Positions 1 through 8,139 of a DNA stretch of 64,000 nt are shown one piece after another. Within the stretch, counting starts at the first letter, position 1. Each line of letters starts with the position of its first letter. Source of the DNA: a virus. Where the stretch lies: positions 32,001 through 96,000 of the IMG/VR virus record IMGVR_UViG_3300011271_000002, one strand, 5' to 3'. A program made the position numbers and the translations under genes. The notes beneath the pieces were generated by a model that made no database searches, was not told where the DNA came from, and saw only the letters and a program-made list of their open reading frames with translations.

Positions 1-187
1 ACACGCCCGACGCGGCGATCTGCTCTACCAACTCATCCCAAATTGCGGATCCGCGCGGGCTCAGATTTTCGGGCTTGTCTGGAATACCGGGGACGTAGGG
101 CGCCTCTTCAGGAATCGGCCGGCGCGACAGATTTCCTTCGAGTCTTCGAATGCCCGCAGGCTTTGGCTGAGCGCCGCGTAACCCCAT
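1..187 (-). CDS. terS: Terminase small subunit, P27-family-like (5' part; runs off the window edge)
   Basis: Manual translation from ATG at 187: MGLRGAQPKPAGIRRLEGNLSRRPIPEEAPYVPGIPDKPENLSPRGSAIWDELVEQIAASGV. This matches the typical P27 TerS N-terminus (G.R.PKP....LEGN..RP) and lies just downstream of a cos-like sequence. Not in the ORF track. Confidence 0.85.
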   Translation of the reverse strand, partial: MGLRGAQPKPAGIRRLEGNLSRRPIPEEAPYVPGIPDKPENLSPRGSAIWDELVEQIAASGV

Positions 188-221
188 GGATCTATTATGG
201 CTTTATTTTGATCAAGGTCAA
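188..221 (-). promoter_or_regulatory. Sigma70-like promoter for terS, probably leaderless
   Basis: TTGACC-16 nt-CATAAT-6 nt-ATG, with no Shine-Dalgarno. Confidence 0.55.
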
Positions 222-544
222 ATCGAGGGGCGCTTGAATTTGAATACAGCGACGCATCGATGAAACGCTGTCGCGAGAAAGTCAAAAATGAATGACTGGC
301 GCGGTGGGTGCGATTTAACCAATCAGTCTGGCTGCTGTTCTGGAAACGACTTCAGGCCGATCAATGTGCGGGCATCCTTGGTAAGCCAAATTTCATAAGA
401 AATCAGGCCCAGCATCGTAACACTTTCGGACTGCTTCAATCGCGACCGCTTCGTCCACCCCTAAACGCTCTCGCTCCCGTACCGAGAGAACATAAGGGTG
501 TGATGGCAACGTTCTGGTGGCAGCCAGTTAGGATTTTTTAAGCC

Positions 545-640
545 GTAAAAAATTTCTCGAAAATGTGCGACTTTTTGCAAAAGCTCGCAACACGGTCACA
601 GGCGGCTAGGGCTGAGTTTTCGACTCCCCCTATCCCCTCT
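545..640 (-). other. Probable cos (packaging/cohesive end) region
   Basis: Minus strand reads GGGGATAGGGGGAGTCGAAAA...GACCG-TGTTGCGAGC-TTTTGCAAAAAGTCGCACATTTTCGAGAAATTTTTT, between a gp74-like HNH and terS. This is the usual layout in HK97-like cos phages. The exact cut site is not determined. Confidence 0.6.
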
Positions 641-848
641 AGTTCAAAGAGATGCGCGATGCTGACGCAGCCGTGCGATGTGACAGGTCGCCTTTGAGAG
701 ATTGGGTTTAATGAATCGCCGCTGCGGATTGCGTCGCGAATGGCGCGGCTTAACGTTTCGTGAGCACCATCGCGAGCATCGATGTGATAACTGACCGGTG
801 GTTTGTGGAACCCAGGAGCCGCCGGGCTGCGTGCGTCAACACGAGCGA

Positions 849-1124
849 TCAGTTCTGGTGAACGCGAGTGCTCGGGGGAATCGCGGGGCGTCCGTAGTGC
901 TGACAATTCAGATTCGTGCAAACGATATACTCACCAGTCGTGCTGAGGCGACCGCGCACAACGAACATGTAACCACACTCGCAGAATGGTATGGGCTGAC
1001 GGGCAGCAAACCCGGATGTCGGCGGATGATCGGGCGGCGTGGAAGGCGTGCTGATTGTGGCAGCAACGGCAGCGACAACCGGAGCGCCTAGGAGGGAGCG
1101 GAAGAACAGGCGGCGTGTATTCAT
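849..1124 (-). CDS. Small protein with twin-arginine-like N-terminus and Cys cluster
   Basis: MNTRRLFFRSLLGAPVVAAVAA...CECG...CTNLNC. TACACT -10 box 7 nt before the ATG. Confidence 0.6.
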   Translation of the reverse strand: MNTRRLFFRSLLGAPVVAAVAATISTPSTPPDHPPTSGFAARQPIPFCECGYMFVVRGRLSTTGEYIVCTNLNCQHYGRPAIPPSTRVHQN

Positions 1125-1128
1125 GCCC

Positions 1129-1332
1129 CTAAGTGTATCTGATCCAGCGCCCATGCTCACGAACGTAATCGATTGGCAGCCAGCAGCGTCCCTTGCTTGA
1201 CGCTCGCCCTTTCTCGGTCAATCGTGCGAACGTCACCTCGGACTCCTTCACATCAGTGATAATCATCGTATTTGGGTGAGCCTTGAATCGCACAACGGCA
1301 CCGACACGGCATTGACCTGTTCGCATCGGCAC
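1129..1332 (-). CDS. Hypothetical protein
   Basis: ORF with TG-N-TACACT -10 box 6 nt before a GTG; divergent from the RHH gene. Confidence 0.5.
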   Translation of the reverse strand: MPMRTGQCRVGAVVRFKAHPNTMIITDVKESEVTFARLTEKGRASSKGRCWLPIDYVREHGRWIRYT

Positions 1333-1338
1333 CATCGA

Positions 1339-1390
1339 AGTGTACCACGAAACAATTTGTGTTGACAACAGCAACCGCGCCTGTTACTCT
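1339..1390. promoter_or_regulatory. Back-to-back sigma70-like promoters
   Basis: + strand: TTGACA(1362-1367)-17 nt-TACTCT(1385-1390)-6 nt-GTG. - strand: TTGTCA-18 nt-TACACT(1344-1339). Confidence 0.65.
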
Positions 1391-1396
1391 TTGATC

Positions 1397-1597
1397 GTGC
1401 CAGACAAACAACCGTTTCTCCACGTACGCATGAGCGCTAAGGAACAGGCCGGGTTCAATATGGCCGCTGAGATTGCCGGGCTGTCATTGTCCTCCTGGGT
1501 GAGAATCGGGCTCCGCGACAAGGCCGTGAAGGAATTGAGCGCGGCTGGGCGGCGTGCGCCGTTCGTCATCGGCAAGAGCGTGGCAGCGAAAGGCTGA
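1397..1597 (+). CDS. Ribbon-helix-helix DNA-binding protein
   Basis: MPDKQPFLHVRMSAKEQAGFNMAAEIAGLSLSSWVR has the beta-strand + two-helix RHH pattern. Confidence 0.7.
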   Translation: MPDKQPFLHVRMSAKEQAGFNMAAEIAGLSLSSWVRIGLRDKAVKELSAAGRRAPFVIGKSVAAKG

Positions 1598-1601
1598 AAC
1601 G

Positions 1602-1934
1602 ATGAGATTCCTAAACATGAATCGATGCTATTGGGGAATGAATTTAGAAATCTGTAAAAGTTTTGCAGTTCATCCGTCGGAAATCGCCCTCGCCTCAGTC
1701 GCCAAACTATCGCCGGTTTCCGTTTCCGATCAATTCGGAAAGCTACAAATCAAAGTCTCTGGCGATGGATTCGTGCAGGCGCACCCGGATCACATTGATT
1801 GCGACACCAGCAATGGCGACGTGATGATTGAGCTATCGCCGAATGCGAGCGTAACCGTTCGCAAGACCACCGCCGACGATCACAAGGTCTTCATCCGGAC
1901 GACAGGCACCGTGCTGACTGGGCAGAGCAAATGA
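1602..1934 (+). CDS. Hypothetical protein (start uncertain)
   Basis: ORF in the + strand run, ATGA-coupled to the next gene. Confidence 0.5.
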   Translation: MRFLNMNRCYWGMNLEICKSFAVHPSEIALASVAKLSPVSVSDQFGKLQIKVSGDGFVQAHPDHIDCDTSNGDVMIELSPNASVTVRKTTADDHKVFIRTTGTVLTGQSK

Positions 1935-2218
1935 AATGGCTCTCTCGATTTTTATTGCGCTGGTGGAGCAAGTCTGGAACTATGCGGCAAGTCACGCGAG
2001 AGCAATATGAGATTTTCCTTAAAGACTACAAGCGAACATTGACTCCTCACACTATCGGTTTTTGCACGCCGCCGATTCGGGAGCACCACGATTTAGCAAT
2101 TGGTACGCCATATGGCCGACGATCCAGCTTGGTCGCCTATCGAAATATGATGGCGGGCTCGCAGGGTGCCGGTCCAGCCGACGAGGATGAATATTTCATC
2201 TTGATTTCACGCGATTAA
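1931..2218 (+). CDS. Hypothetical protein
   Basis: ATGA overlap with the previous ORF. Confidence 0.55.
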   Translation: MKWLSRFLLRWWSKSGTMRQVTREQYEIFLKDYKRTLTPHTIGFCTPPIREHHDLAIGTPYGRRSSLVAYRNMMAGSQGAGPADEDEYFILISRD

Positions 2219-2223
2219 AGACT

Positions 2224-2613
2224 ATGCAAGAGAAGTCCATGCAAGAGATCAAAGCAGTCGCTTGCAACTATTCAGTTCCGGTAAAGGCCGCGTCTCGCAG
2301 ATCGATAGCTTACGTCCTGAATGTCAATCGTGGCGGCGGGGCTGAGCGCATTGAAATATTGTCTCGCTCGCGAGACGGTCGATGGATTAACCGATGGGAG
2401 CGAATTGATCGATTGACAAACTTTAGATTCAAAACGGTAGTTCCGGAGAATCCGATCTATAACGAAATCAAATTCGCCCCGCAGGCAGCCGTTGATCCCG
2501 GCATCATCGAACAGTTGAAATCGGCAGAACTACGCGAGCGTATTCGCCGTTTGAATGGCATGCGGCCTTCAGTCTTCGGTCATGGATTTGAGGATCGCCG
2601 CACCGCGCCATGA
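2224..2613 (+). CDS. Hypothetical protein
   Basis: ORF 5 nt after the previous stop; converges on the HNH gene. Confidence 0.55.
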   Translation: MQEKSMQEIKAVACNYSVPVKAASRRSIAYVLNVNRGGGAERIEILSRSRDGRWINRWERIDRLTNFRFKTVVPENPIYNEIKFAPQAAVDPGIIEQLKSAELRERIRRLNGMRPSVFGHGFEDRRTAP

Positions 2614-2885
2614 CAGGCCAGGCAAGTGCTCTTGAGATTGTTCCAGTCCAATCTCAGATCCGGCCGATCCTCGATAGTCTCCACGTGGTGAACCTCGATC
2701 GCCACGGCACCGCGGCATATTTTTTGCAACTCACAGACCGGATTGGCGGCGAGCTTGGCCCTGCGCAATTTCCGCCAGTCCGAACCATAGCCGCGCTCGG
2801 TCGTCGTGCGCGGATCCCGCCGGCGATGTGCTGGGCAGCGGCTTTCCTCGGAGAGCTCGCCACAGAGTCCGCACGGGTGAAGCAC
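2580..2885 (-). CDS. Packaging-associated HNH endonuclease (HK97 gp74-like)
   Basis: CGLC..RCPAH, RGYGSDWRKLR, NPVCE..C, EVHHV, WNNLKSTCLACH; upstream of cos/terS. Confidence 0.88.
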   Translation of the reverse strand: MLHPCGLCGELSEESRCPAHRRRDPRTTTERGYGSDWRKLRRAKLAANPVCELQKICRGAVAIEVHHVETIEDRPDLRLDWNNLKSTCLACHGAVRRSSNP

Positions 2886-2907
2886 GTGGCGGTCGGGCGC
2901 TGGCGGC

Positions 2908-4200
2908 TCAGGCAGCCGCGATGGTTGTGATGGTCCCAGAACTACCTCGGTACTTCAGGGCTCCGCTCTCAACGTAAAGCTGTCCCATGCCAGCAGGAGA
3001 ACTAGCCGGAGCCGTTCCGTTGCCGATCGCGATCACGCCGACCGCTGATGTTCCGAACGACGCGGCATTCACGCCTATATTGCCGAGATTGTCAATCCGC
3101 ATTCGCTCGGCTGCTGAAGCTGCGGCATTGGCGGTGCCGAAAGTTAGAATCCCTTTACAGGCCCCTGCGGCATGATCCGCGAAAATGACATTGAGGTAAG
3201 CGGCGGCATTGCTGTTGCCGCTGATGAACTCGATGTTGGCTTGGTTATTGTTGGTGATAGTCTGTTGCTGAATGTAGACGCCTGTGTTGTTGTACTCGGC
3301 CCCGCCAACACTAGAGGCTGGTCCCCGAAAATAGGCGATCGGCGGCCCCATCGCTGTGACATCCAGCGCCATCGTAAAAGCGTTGATAGCGGCGGAACTG
3401 CTAATAAGAATTCCAACGCCAGGATGCTGCGTTCCAGCAACTTCAGACACCAAATGCAAGCCGACATTATTCGCGCCCGCTTTGTCCCCCCGAAAGATTC
3501 CCCAGAAGCAACGGCCGGCCGGCGTCGTGCTGTTCGTGGTGTTGTTGATGACGCCAGTAAACGCGCCACAATCGATGCCGCCGCCCCCAATGGTCTTGTC
3601 GAGTTTTATTCCGGACCAGATACCTACCGGGGACACAGGCGAGGAAACTGTGTTGTCAATTCTAGTCTGAACTAATAAAGTAGCGCCATCCGGGTTGCCA
3701 GTCGTCCAGAGCCGATTGATCGAGTAAGGCGTGACAATATTCAAGGTGGGTGGATCGCCAGCACCGAGGAAGGTGTAGTAGTTAGCTGTGGTGATGGGGT
3801 TTGTGACTGTGGCGGAAAACGCCCCAAGCGAATCCATGCGAAATAATTCGGTAGGTCCTCCGCTGTCGAGAGAAGAGAAGAGCGAGAGGTATCCGGCCCC
3901 GGCGTTGCTCGTGGTGAAAGGTTGGAGAAAGAAATCCAACGTGTGGTTGCTGGTGTCGTAAGAGTTGGCGCGAAGACGGAATTTGCTCCCGGTTTGAACG
4001 CCGGGCGCAATGAGGACTGGGGGAGTGATCGCCAGTCCGTCCGTGTTCACGGCTGGGGTGATGTTGACCTGGAGCCACCCGGACGAAACGTGGCCGTTGC
4101 CATTGTAGTCTCCCTGAGCGGTGCTCAGAGCGTCCACAATGGAATTCCACTCAGCCGATGAGGGCTTGAAGGTGCTCAGTTGATGAGGGGGCCACGGCAT
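2908..4200 (-). CDS. Tail fibre / receptor-binding protein (paralogue 2)
   Basis: Gly/Ser/Thr/Asn-rich; [13 protein letters not shown] fibre repeat; N-terminal ~127 aa shared with 4201-4974. Confidence 0.7.
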   Translation of the reverse strand: MPWPPHQLSTFKPSSAEWNSIVDALSTAQGDYNGNGHVSSGWLQVNITPAVNTDGLAITPPVLIAPGVQTGSKFRLRANSYDTSNHTLDFFLQPFTTSNAGAGYLSLFSSLDSGGPTELFRMDSLGAFSATVTNPITTANYYTFLGAGDPPTLNIVTPYSINRLWTTGNPDGATLLVQTRIDNTVSSPVSPVGIWSGIKLDKTIGGGGIDCGAFTGVINNTTNSTTPAGRCFWGIFRGDKAGANNVGLHLVSEVAGTQHPGVGILISSSAAINAFTMALDVTAMGPPIAYFRGPASSVGGAEYNNTGVYIQQQTITNNNQANIEFISGNSNAAAYLNVIFADHAAGACKGILTFGTANAAASAAERMRIDNLGNIGVNAASFGTSAVGVIAIGNGTAPASSPAGMGQLYVESGALKYRGSSGTITTIAAA

Positions 4201-4974
4201 TTAGTGTACAACCATCACCGGGTCGGGGTTAGCGCCTGTCCGATATAAATCTCCGGCCGCCAAGCCGCCGGTGATCGCGGCGGCATTGGTGGCATACACT
4301 GGAAGACCAATGACGGCCAGCGCGGAGTGGGGAGTCGCGGTACCGATGCCAACGAAGCCTGAGGGGAGTATGCGGAGAACCTCGGTCCATGCTGCCGAAG
4401 CATTCCTAACGCCTATTGCAAGAGCGGCACCCGCTGCTGAAAGCGCCTGGATCTTTACGCCATATCCGTCCGCTACTGGGAGTTCGATGCCGCCGATTGC
4501 AGCCAAGGTGGTCTGGGTGGCTCCGGTCACCATCAGGCTGCCCGTGAAAGTGGAAGGGGTGGCTTCCACCGCCATCGTGCCAACCCTGAGAGCGGCAGTG
4601 GCGGTATCGAAGCGGGCAAGTTCTACAGGCGTGGCGCTGTCGTAGGAATAGAGGACGGAGAGGTAGCTGACTCCTGCGTTCGTGCGGCTCGTTGGACGGA
4701 AGAGGAAGTCGGTCTGATGGTTGGAGGTGTCGTAGGCGTTGACCCGCAACTTGAGCCGCCCGCCGACTTGGACCCCGGCTGACACTAGCGCCAAGGGACT
4801 CATCACCAGCCCATCGGTGTCTACCCCTGGTGTGATGTTGATTTGCAGGAAGCCAGAGAAGACTTGGCCGTTGGCGTTGTAAGACCCTTGGGCGGTTGAG
4901 AGGGCGTCAACGATGGCGTTCCACTCGGCGGAAGTTGGTTTGAAAGTGGAGACTTGGTGGGGCGGCCAAGGCAT
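4201..4974 (-). CDS. Tail fibre / receptor-binding protein (paralogue 1)
   Basis: EVLRILPSGFVGIGTATP repeat; C-terminal YATNAAAITGGLAAGDLYRTG fibre tip. Confidence 0.7.
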   Translation of the reverse strand: MPWPPHQVSTFKPTSAEWNAIVDALSTAQGSYNANGQVFSGFLQINITPGVDTDGLVMSPLALVSAGVQVGGRLKLRVNAYDTSNHQTDFLFRPTSRTNAGVSYLSVLYSYDSATPVELARFDTATAALRVGTMAVEATPSTFTGSLMVTGATQTTLAAIGGIELPVADGYGVKIQALSAAGAALAIGVRNASAAWTEVLRILPSGFVGIGTATPHSALAVIGLPVYATNAAAITGGLAAGDLYRTGANPDPVMVVH

Positions 4975-4980
4975 TGAGGG

Positions 4981-5385
4981 TTATCCTTTCAGATCGGGGG
5001 CGGCGACGGGCTGTGGTGATTGCTTGCGAATCACTTTGCGGGCGTCATCCGATAACTCCCAATCGGCCCCAGGGTTTATTTTTCTCTGGATCAACACCAT
5101 GACGAGAGCGCCGTTGGCTTGCTGGGTCACCGTTTGGGCTTGCTGATTGAGAGCTTCCAAGGTTCTGCGGATCGAGACAAAGTGCTGGTGCTCCTCTTCA
5201 GTTAGCACGACCTCGCTAGGAGCGGGCACGGTTGGGTTCTGAGGGGATGGGAGCGCTGCCTTCGGTGGATTGGCCAACGTGGGGTCGATTGGCAATGGCA
5301 CTTTGTTGGACGGGATGGTAACGCTGCCAAGCGATGGCGGCGGGATGCCGTTCGACTTTGCGCGTCGGCTTTCGGATCTGGTCAT
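4981..5385 (-). CDS. Hypothetical protein (Pro-rich + coiled coil; possible fibre chaperone)
   Basis: GGAG SD; lies between fibre genes. Confidence 0.5.
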   Translation of the reverse strand: MTRSESRRAKSNGIPPPSLGSVTIPSNKVPLPIDPTLANPPKAALPSPQNPTVPAPSEVVLTEEEHQHFVSIRRTLEALNQQAQTVTQQANGALVMVLIQRKINPGADWELSDDARKVIRKQSPQPVAAPDLKG

Positions 5386-5553
5386 TATGATTCTCCGTTT
5401 CTTCTCCCCGCATTTGGGGGTATTTACAAATTCAAGTATAACGACTACAGTCTATTCAGGCGCGAGTCCTGAGCGCACACCATAAGTCTTAGCGGTCGCT
5501 CCGCTTTGGGTGGCAAAGGGCGACGGAGCTTGTGCCTATAAAAAGGAAACCAA

Positions 5554-5910
5554 ATGAAACGCTTACTGCTCGCCCTGATGTTCGCCGCGCTGATATGCTC
5601 GGGGTGTTTTGCCGACCCCTGCAATTCCAAAACCATCGGCAACGTGACCTTGACTACCTGCCATGCGAACGGACCCGAACTGCATCTCTTCATTTCCACC
5701 GCCGATCCGCAGACCACCGCATTCTACATCGCGCTGCGAACTTCGACAGGTGGAATGTACATCACGGCGGATAACGAAATTCAGCAGACCTCGCATGTCA
5801 CGGTTAAGATGACCGGCAAATTGGCGGGAAAGCTAGAGCACGTCACAATTAGCGAGTTACAGGTGACATCTACCTCGTCTTTTTCTGAAGTAAACAATAC
5901 GCTTCCCTAA
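5554..5910 (+). CDS. Small exported protein (moron) with signal peptide
   Basis: MKRLLLALMFAALICSGCFA; AGGA SD; own promoter TTTACA-17 nt-TACAGT; antisense to the tail module. Confidence 0.7.
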   Translation: MKRLLLALMFAALICSGCFADPCNSKTIGNVTLTTCHANGPELHLFISTADPQTTAFYIALRTSTGGMYITADNEIQQTSHVTVKMTGKLAGKLEHVTISELQVTSTSSFSEVNNTLP

Positions 5911-8129
5911 GTTCCAATCATGCCATGCTGCTGAAATAAATCGGTTATAAGCGCGGCAAGTCTTTGAGCCACATCGGCGAGAGTAGCAGTAGACTGATCG
6001 AATGTTGCCCTACTAAGCGTTCCGCTTGGTAGATGCCACCCGAGCGCTCGTGGACCAATAACATTTTGTCCGAAGCTTTGAAGATATCCTGTTGAAGCGT
6101 CCAGGCTCATTATGGTTCCCCCGCCAGCGGCGTTGAGCGTTAATTTTCCATAACCACCTGTCGCATCAAGCGTTGCTACTGTGATGCCACTGTTGTTTGT
6201 CGCCCCGAATGTGTTGAAAGTTACGAAAGCGCCTTTGGCTGGGGTAGAAGTGCTATTTATGTTAAGGCCAGAAGAGAGCAATTGCGTCTGTACATGTCCA
6301 GTACTTGGATCTTTAAGTAATATATAGTTTGTTCCATCAATGTTGATCGTCACAGAGCCGCTGGTGATGACAATGGTAGGAGCGGTCAGCGTTACCGCCA
6401 CCGAAATGGTGCCTGCGTTAATTTGCGATGTGTTTATTTGACCTGCATAGACCACGCCTCCGACAAAAGTTCCCGCCGTAATATTTGAAGCCGCCAGAAC
6501 CCCGACCTGGAGCAATCCGACCGTGATTGTGTTCGCCACGATCCGATCTCCAGTGATCGTCCCGGCCTGAATGTCCACGCCGCCGTTGATGGCCTTCTCC
6601 CACGCCGTGCCAGCAGCATTCACGCGCTTCATAATGAGCGTGGTCGTGTTGAACTCATACGTGCCCGTGGGGTAACGCGAATCGGGGAGCGCCGGGTCCG
6701 ACGTGACGACCAGGACTGGGCGGATGCCAGCCACGAATTTTTGAATCGCGATAGAGGTATCTGGAATTCCCAATTTGCTGGAGAAGATGGCCAAGGTCGC
6801 ATCGAGAGTCGCCGGATCTAAGCGATGGGCTTTCAAACTGCCGGTGGTCTGGGTGGTCGGGTTGAGCCCGAATATCTCCGGCGTCTCAGTAAGGAAGAAG
6901 GTGTTCTGTCTATTGTTGGTGTCGTACGAAAGCGCGTATAGATCCCATGTCGGCTGCGGTCCTTGAATCGGCCACAGATCAGTGTGCCAAGTAACATCAA
7001 TAGCCGACAGCCCCCCAGTGATCGGATAGTCGTGGGAGTGATCGGTTCCATCGGCTTGATTGTGGATGTAGACTTGGTAGCCACCAAAAGAAGAATCGGC
7101 GGCAGGCATCGTGGCGGTGCCAAAGAACCCATAAGTCTCCACGCCATCCGCGCTCAGACCGTAGACCACTGAGGCGGTGAAGGACGGCAGAACAGATGTC
7201 CTCTCCTGCCCGACATTGCCTATAGCCGGAGGGCCGATAGTGATTGTGACTGACGGAGTGAAGCCATTGACAAAGGAGTTAACTCCGGTTCCATCTGAGG
7301 AAAGGATGGTGATTTGATCGTTCTCGGACACGGTGGGGAAAGAGGACAGTTCGGTAGTCCACTCTCCATTGATCTGCGTGCCGGGGATGAACCCGCTGAG
7401 AATGTCTTGGGACTGACTCAGAAGAACGCCTGTTCGCGTTCCCGATAGTCGCGGGTCTAGATTCGCTGGCCGGTGGATGCGGATGTAGACCCCGGCGAAC
7501 TGCGGATCGGCAGGAGGAGTCCAGAATACCTTGATGAAAAGAACTTCTTGGCCTGATCCGTTCTGGCCATAGAAGGCTGACGCGCCGATGGTGGCCACAA
7601 TCTTGGCGTATTCTTCGCCGAGCGCGAACACTGGAGGGGGCGTGATCGTCACAACCGCGCTGGGACTTGGGCCCGTGGCCGTCGCGCGAACCAATTTGGG
7701 ATCGACATTGTTGGCGTAGGCGACCAAATAGATTCGAAGATTGATGGTTTCGCTTGGTGCCGAAATACCGGTGAGCACAATAGCTCCGGTCCCGTCATCC
7801 GCGAATTGTCCAAGGTCTTGAACTTTCCATTCGCCGCCGATCTGTGACGTTCCGTCGAGCGCCGTGGTGCCATTCAGACTGAAGCCCGTAGCGGCGCTCT
7901 GATCGGGATATTCCAAATAGGCGTGAACGCCTTTCCCAGTCCACCCGCCTGGCTTGGTGTAGGGCACGGTCAATTCCAACACCTGCAAGCGGCTGCCGGA
8001 ATATTGACTATTCGGATTCAAGACGTATTGATAGGTGATGGTTCCAATCGTCACGGCGGCCGGCGCATTCAATGACGGAACCGAACCGGCTCCAGCCCCG
8101 CCTACGACAGCATAGTTTGTGTTCGGCAT
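5907..8129 (-). CDS. Minor tail / central fibre protein
   Basis: 740 aa with Ig/FN3-like repeats and IQAGTITGDRIVANTIT-type repeats; follows the tail tip gene. Confidence 0.75.
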   Translation of the reverse strand: MPNTNYAVVGGAGAGSVPSLNAPAAVTIGTITYQYVLNPNSQYSGSRLQVLELTVPYTKPGGWTGKGVHAYLEYPDQSAATGFSLNGTTALDGTSQIGGEWKVQDLGQFADDGTGAIVLTGISAPSETINLRIYLVAYANNVDPKLVRATATGPSPSAVVTITPPPVFALGEEYAKIVATIGASAFYGQNGSGQEVLFIKVFWTPPADPQFAGVYIRIHRPANLDPRLSGTRTGVLLSQSQDILSGFIPGTQINGEWTTELSSFPTVSENDQITILSSDGTGVNSFVNGFTPSVTITIGPPAIGNVGQERTSVLPSFTASVVYGLSADGVETYGFFGTATMPAADSSFGGYQVYIHNQADGTDHSHDYPITGGLSAIDVTWHTDLWPIQGPQPTWDLYALSYDTNNRQNTFFLTETPEIFGLNPTTQTTGSLKAHRLDPATLDATLAIFSSKLGIPDTSIAIQKFVAGIRPVLVVTSDPALPDSRYPTGTYEFNTTTLIMKRVNAAGTAWEKAINGGVDIQAGTITGDRIVANTITVGLLQVGVLAASNITAGTFVGGVVYAGQINTSQINAGTISVAVTLTAPTIVITSGSVTINIDGTNYILLKDPSTGHVQTQLLSSGLNINSTSTPAKGAFVTFNTFGATNNSGITVATLDATGGYGKLTLNAAGGGTIMSLDASTGYLQSFGQNVIGPRALGWHLPSGTLSRATFDQSTATLADVAQRLAALITDLFQQHGMIGT

Positions 8130-8139
8130 AAATCTATTC

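Noticed and set aside
43-1091. ORF-track ORFs 43-237, 61-285, 308-541, 538-921, 798-1091
   Set aside because: No motifs or SD; they overlap terS, the cos region or a better-supported gene.
5455-5483. tRNA 3' half (TCAGG-CGCGAGT-CCTGA-GCGCACA-CCA) as an att remnant
   Set aside because: The loop is not TTCRANY, the spacing to CCA is one base short, and there is no 5' half. Treated as part of a structured leader.
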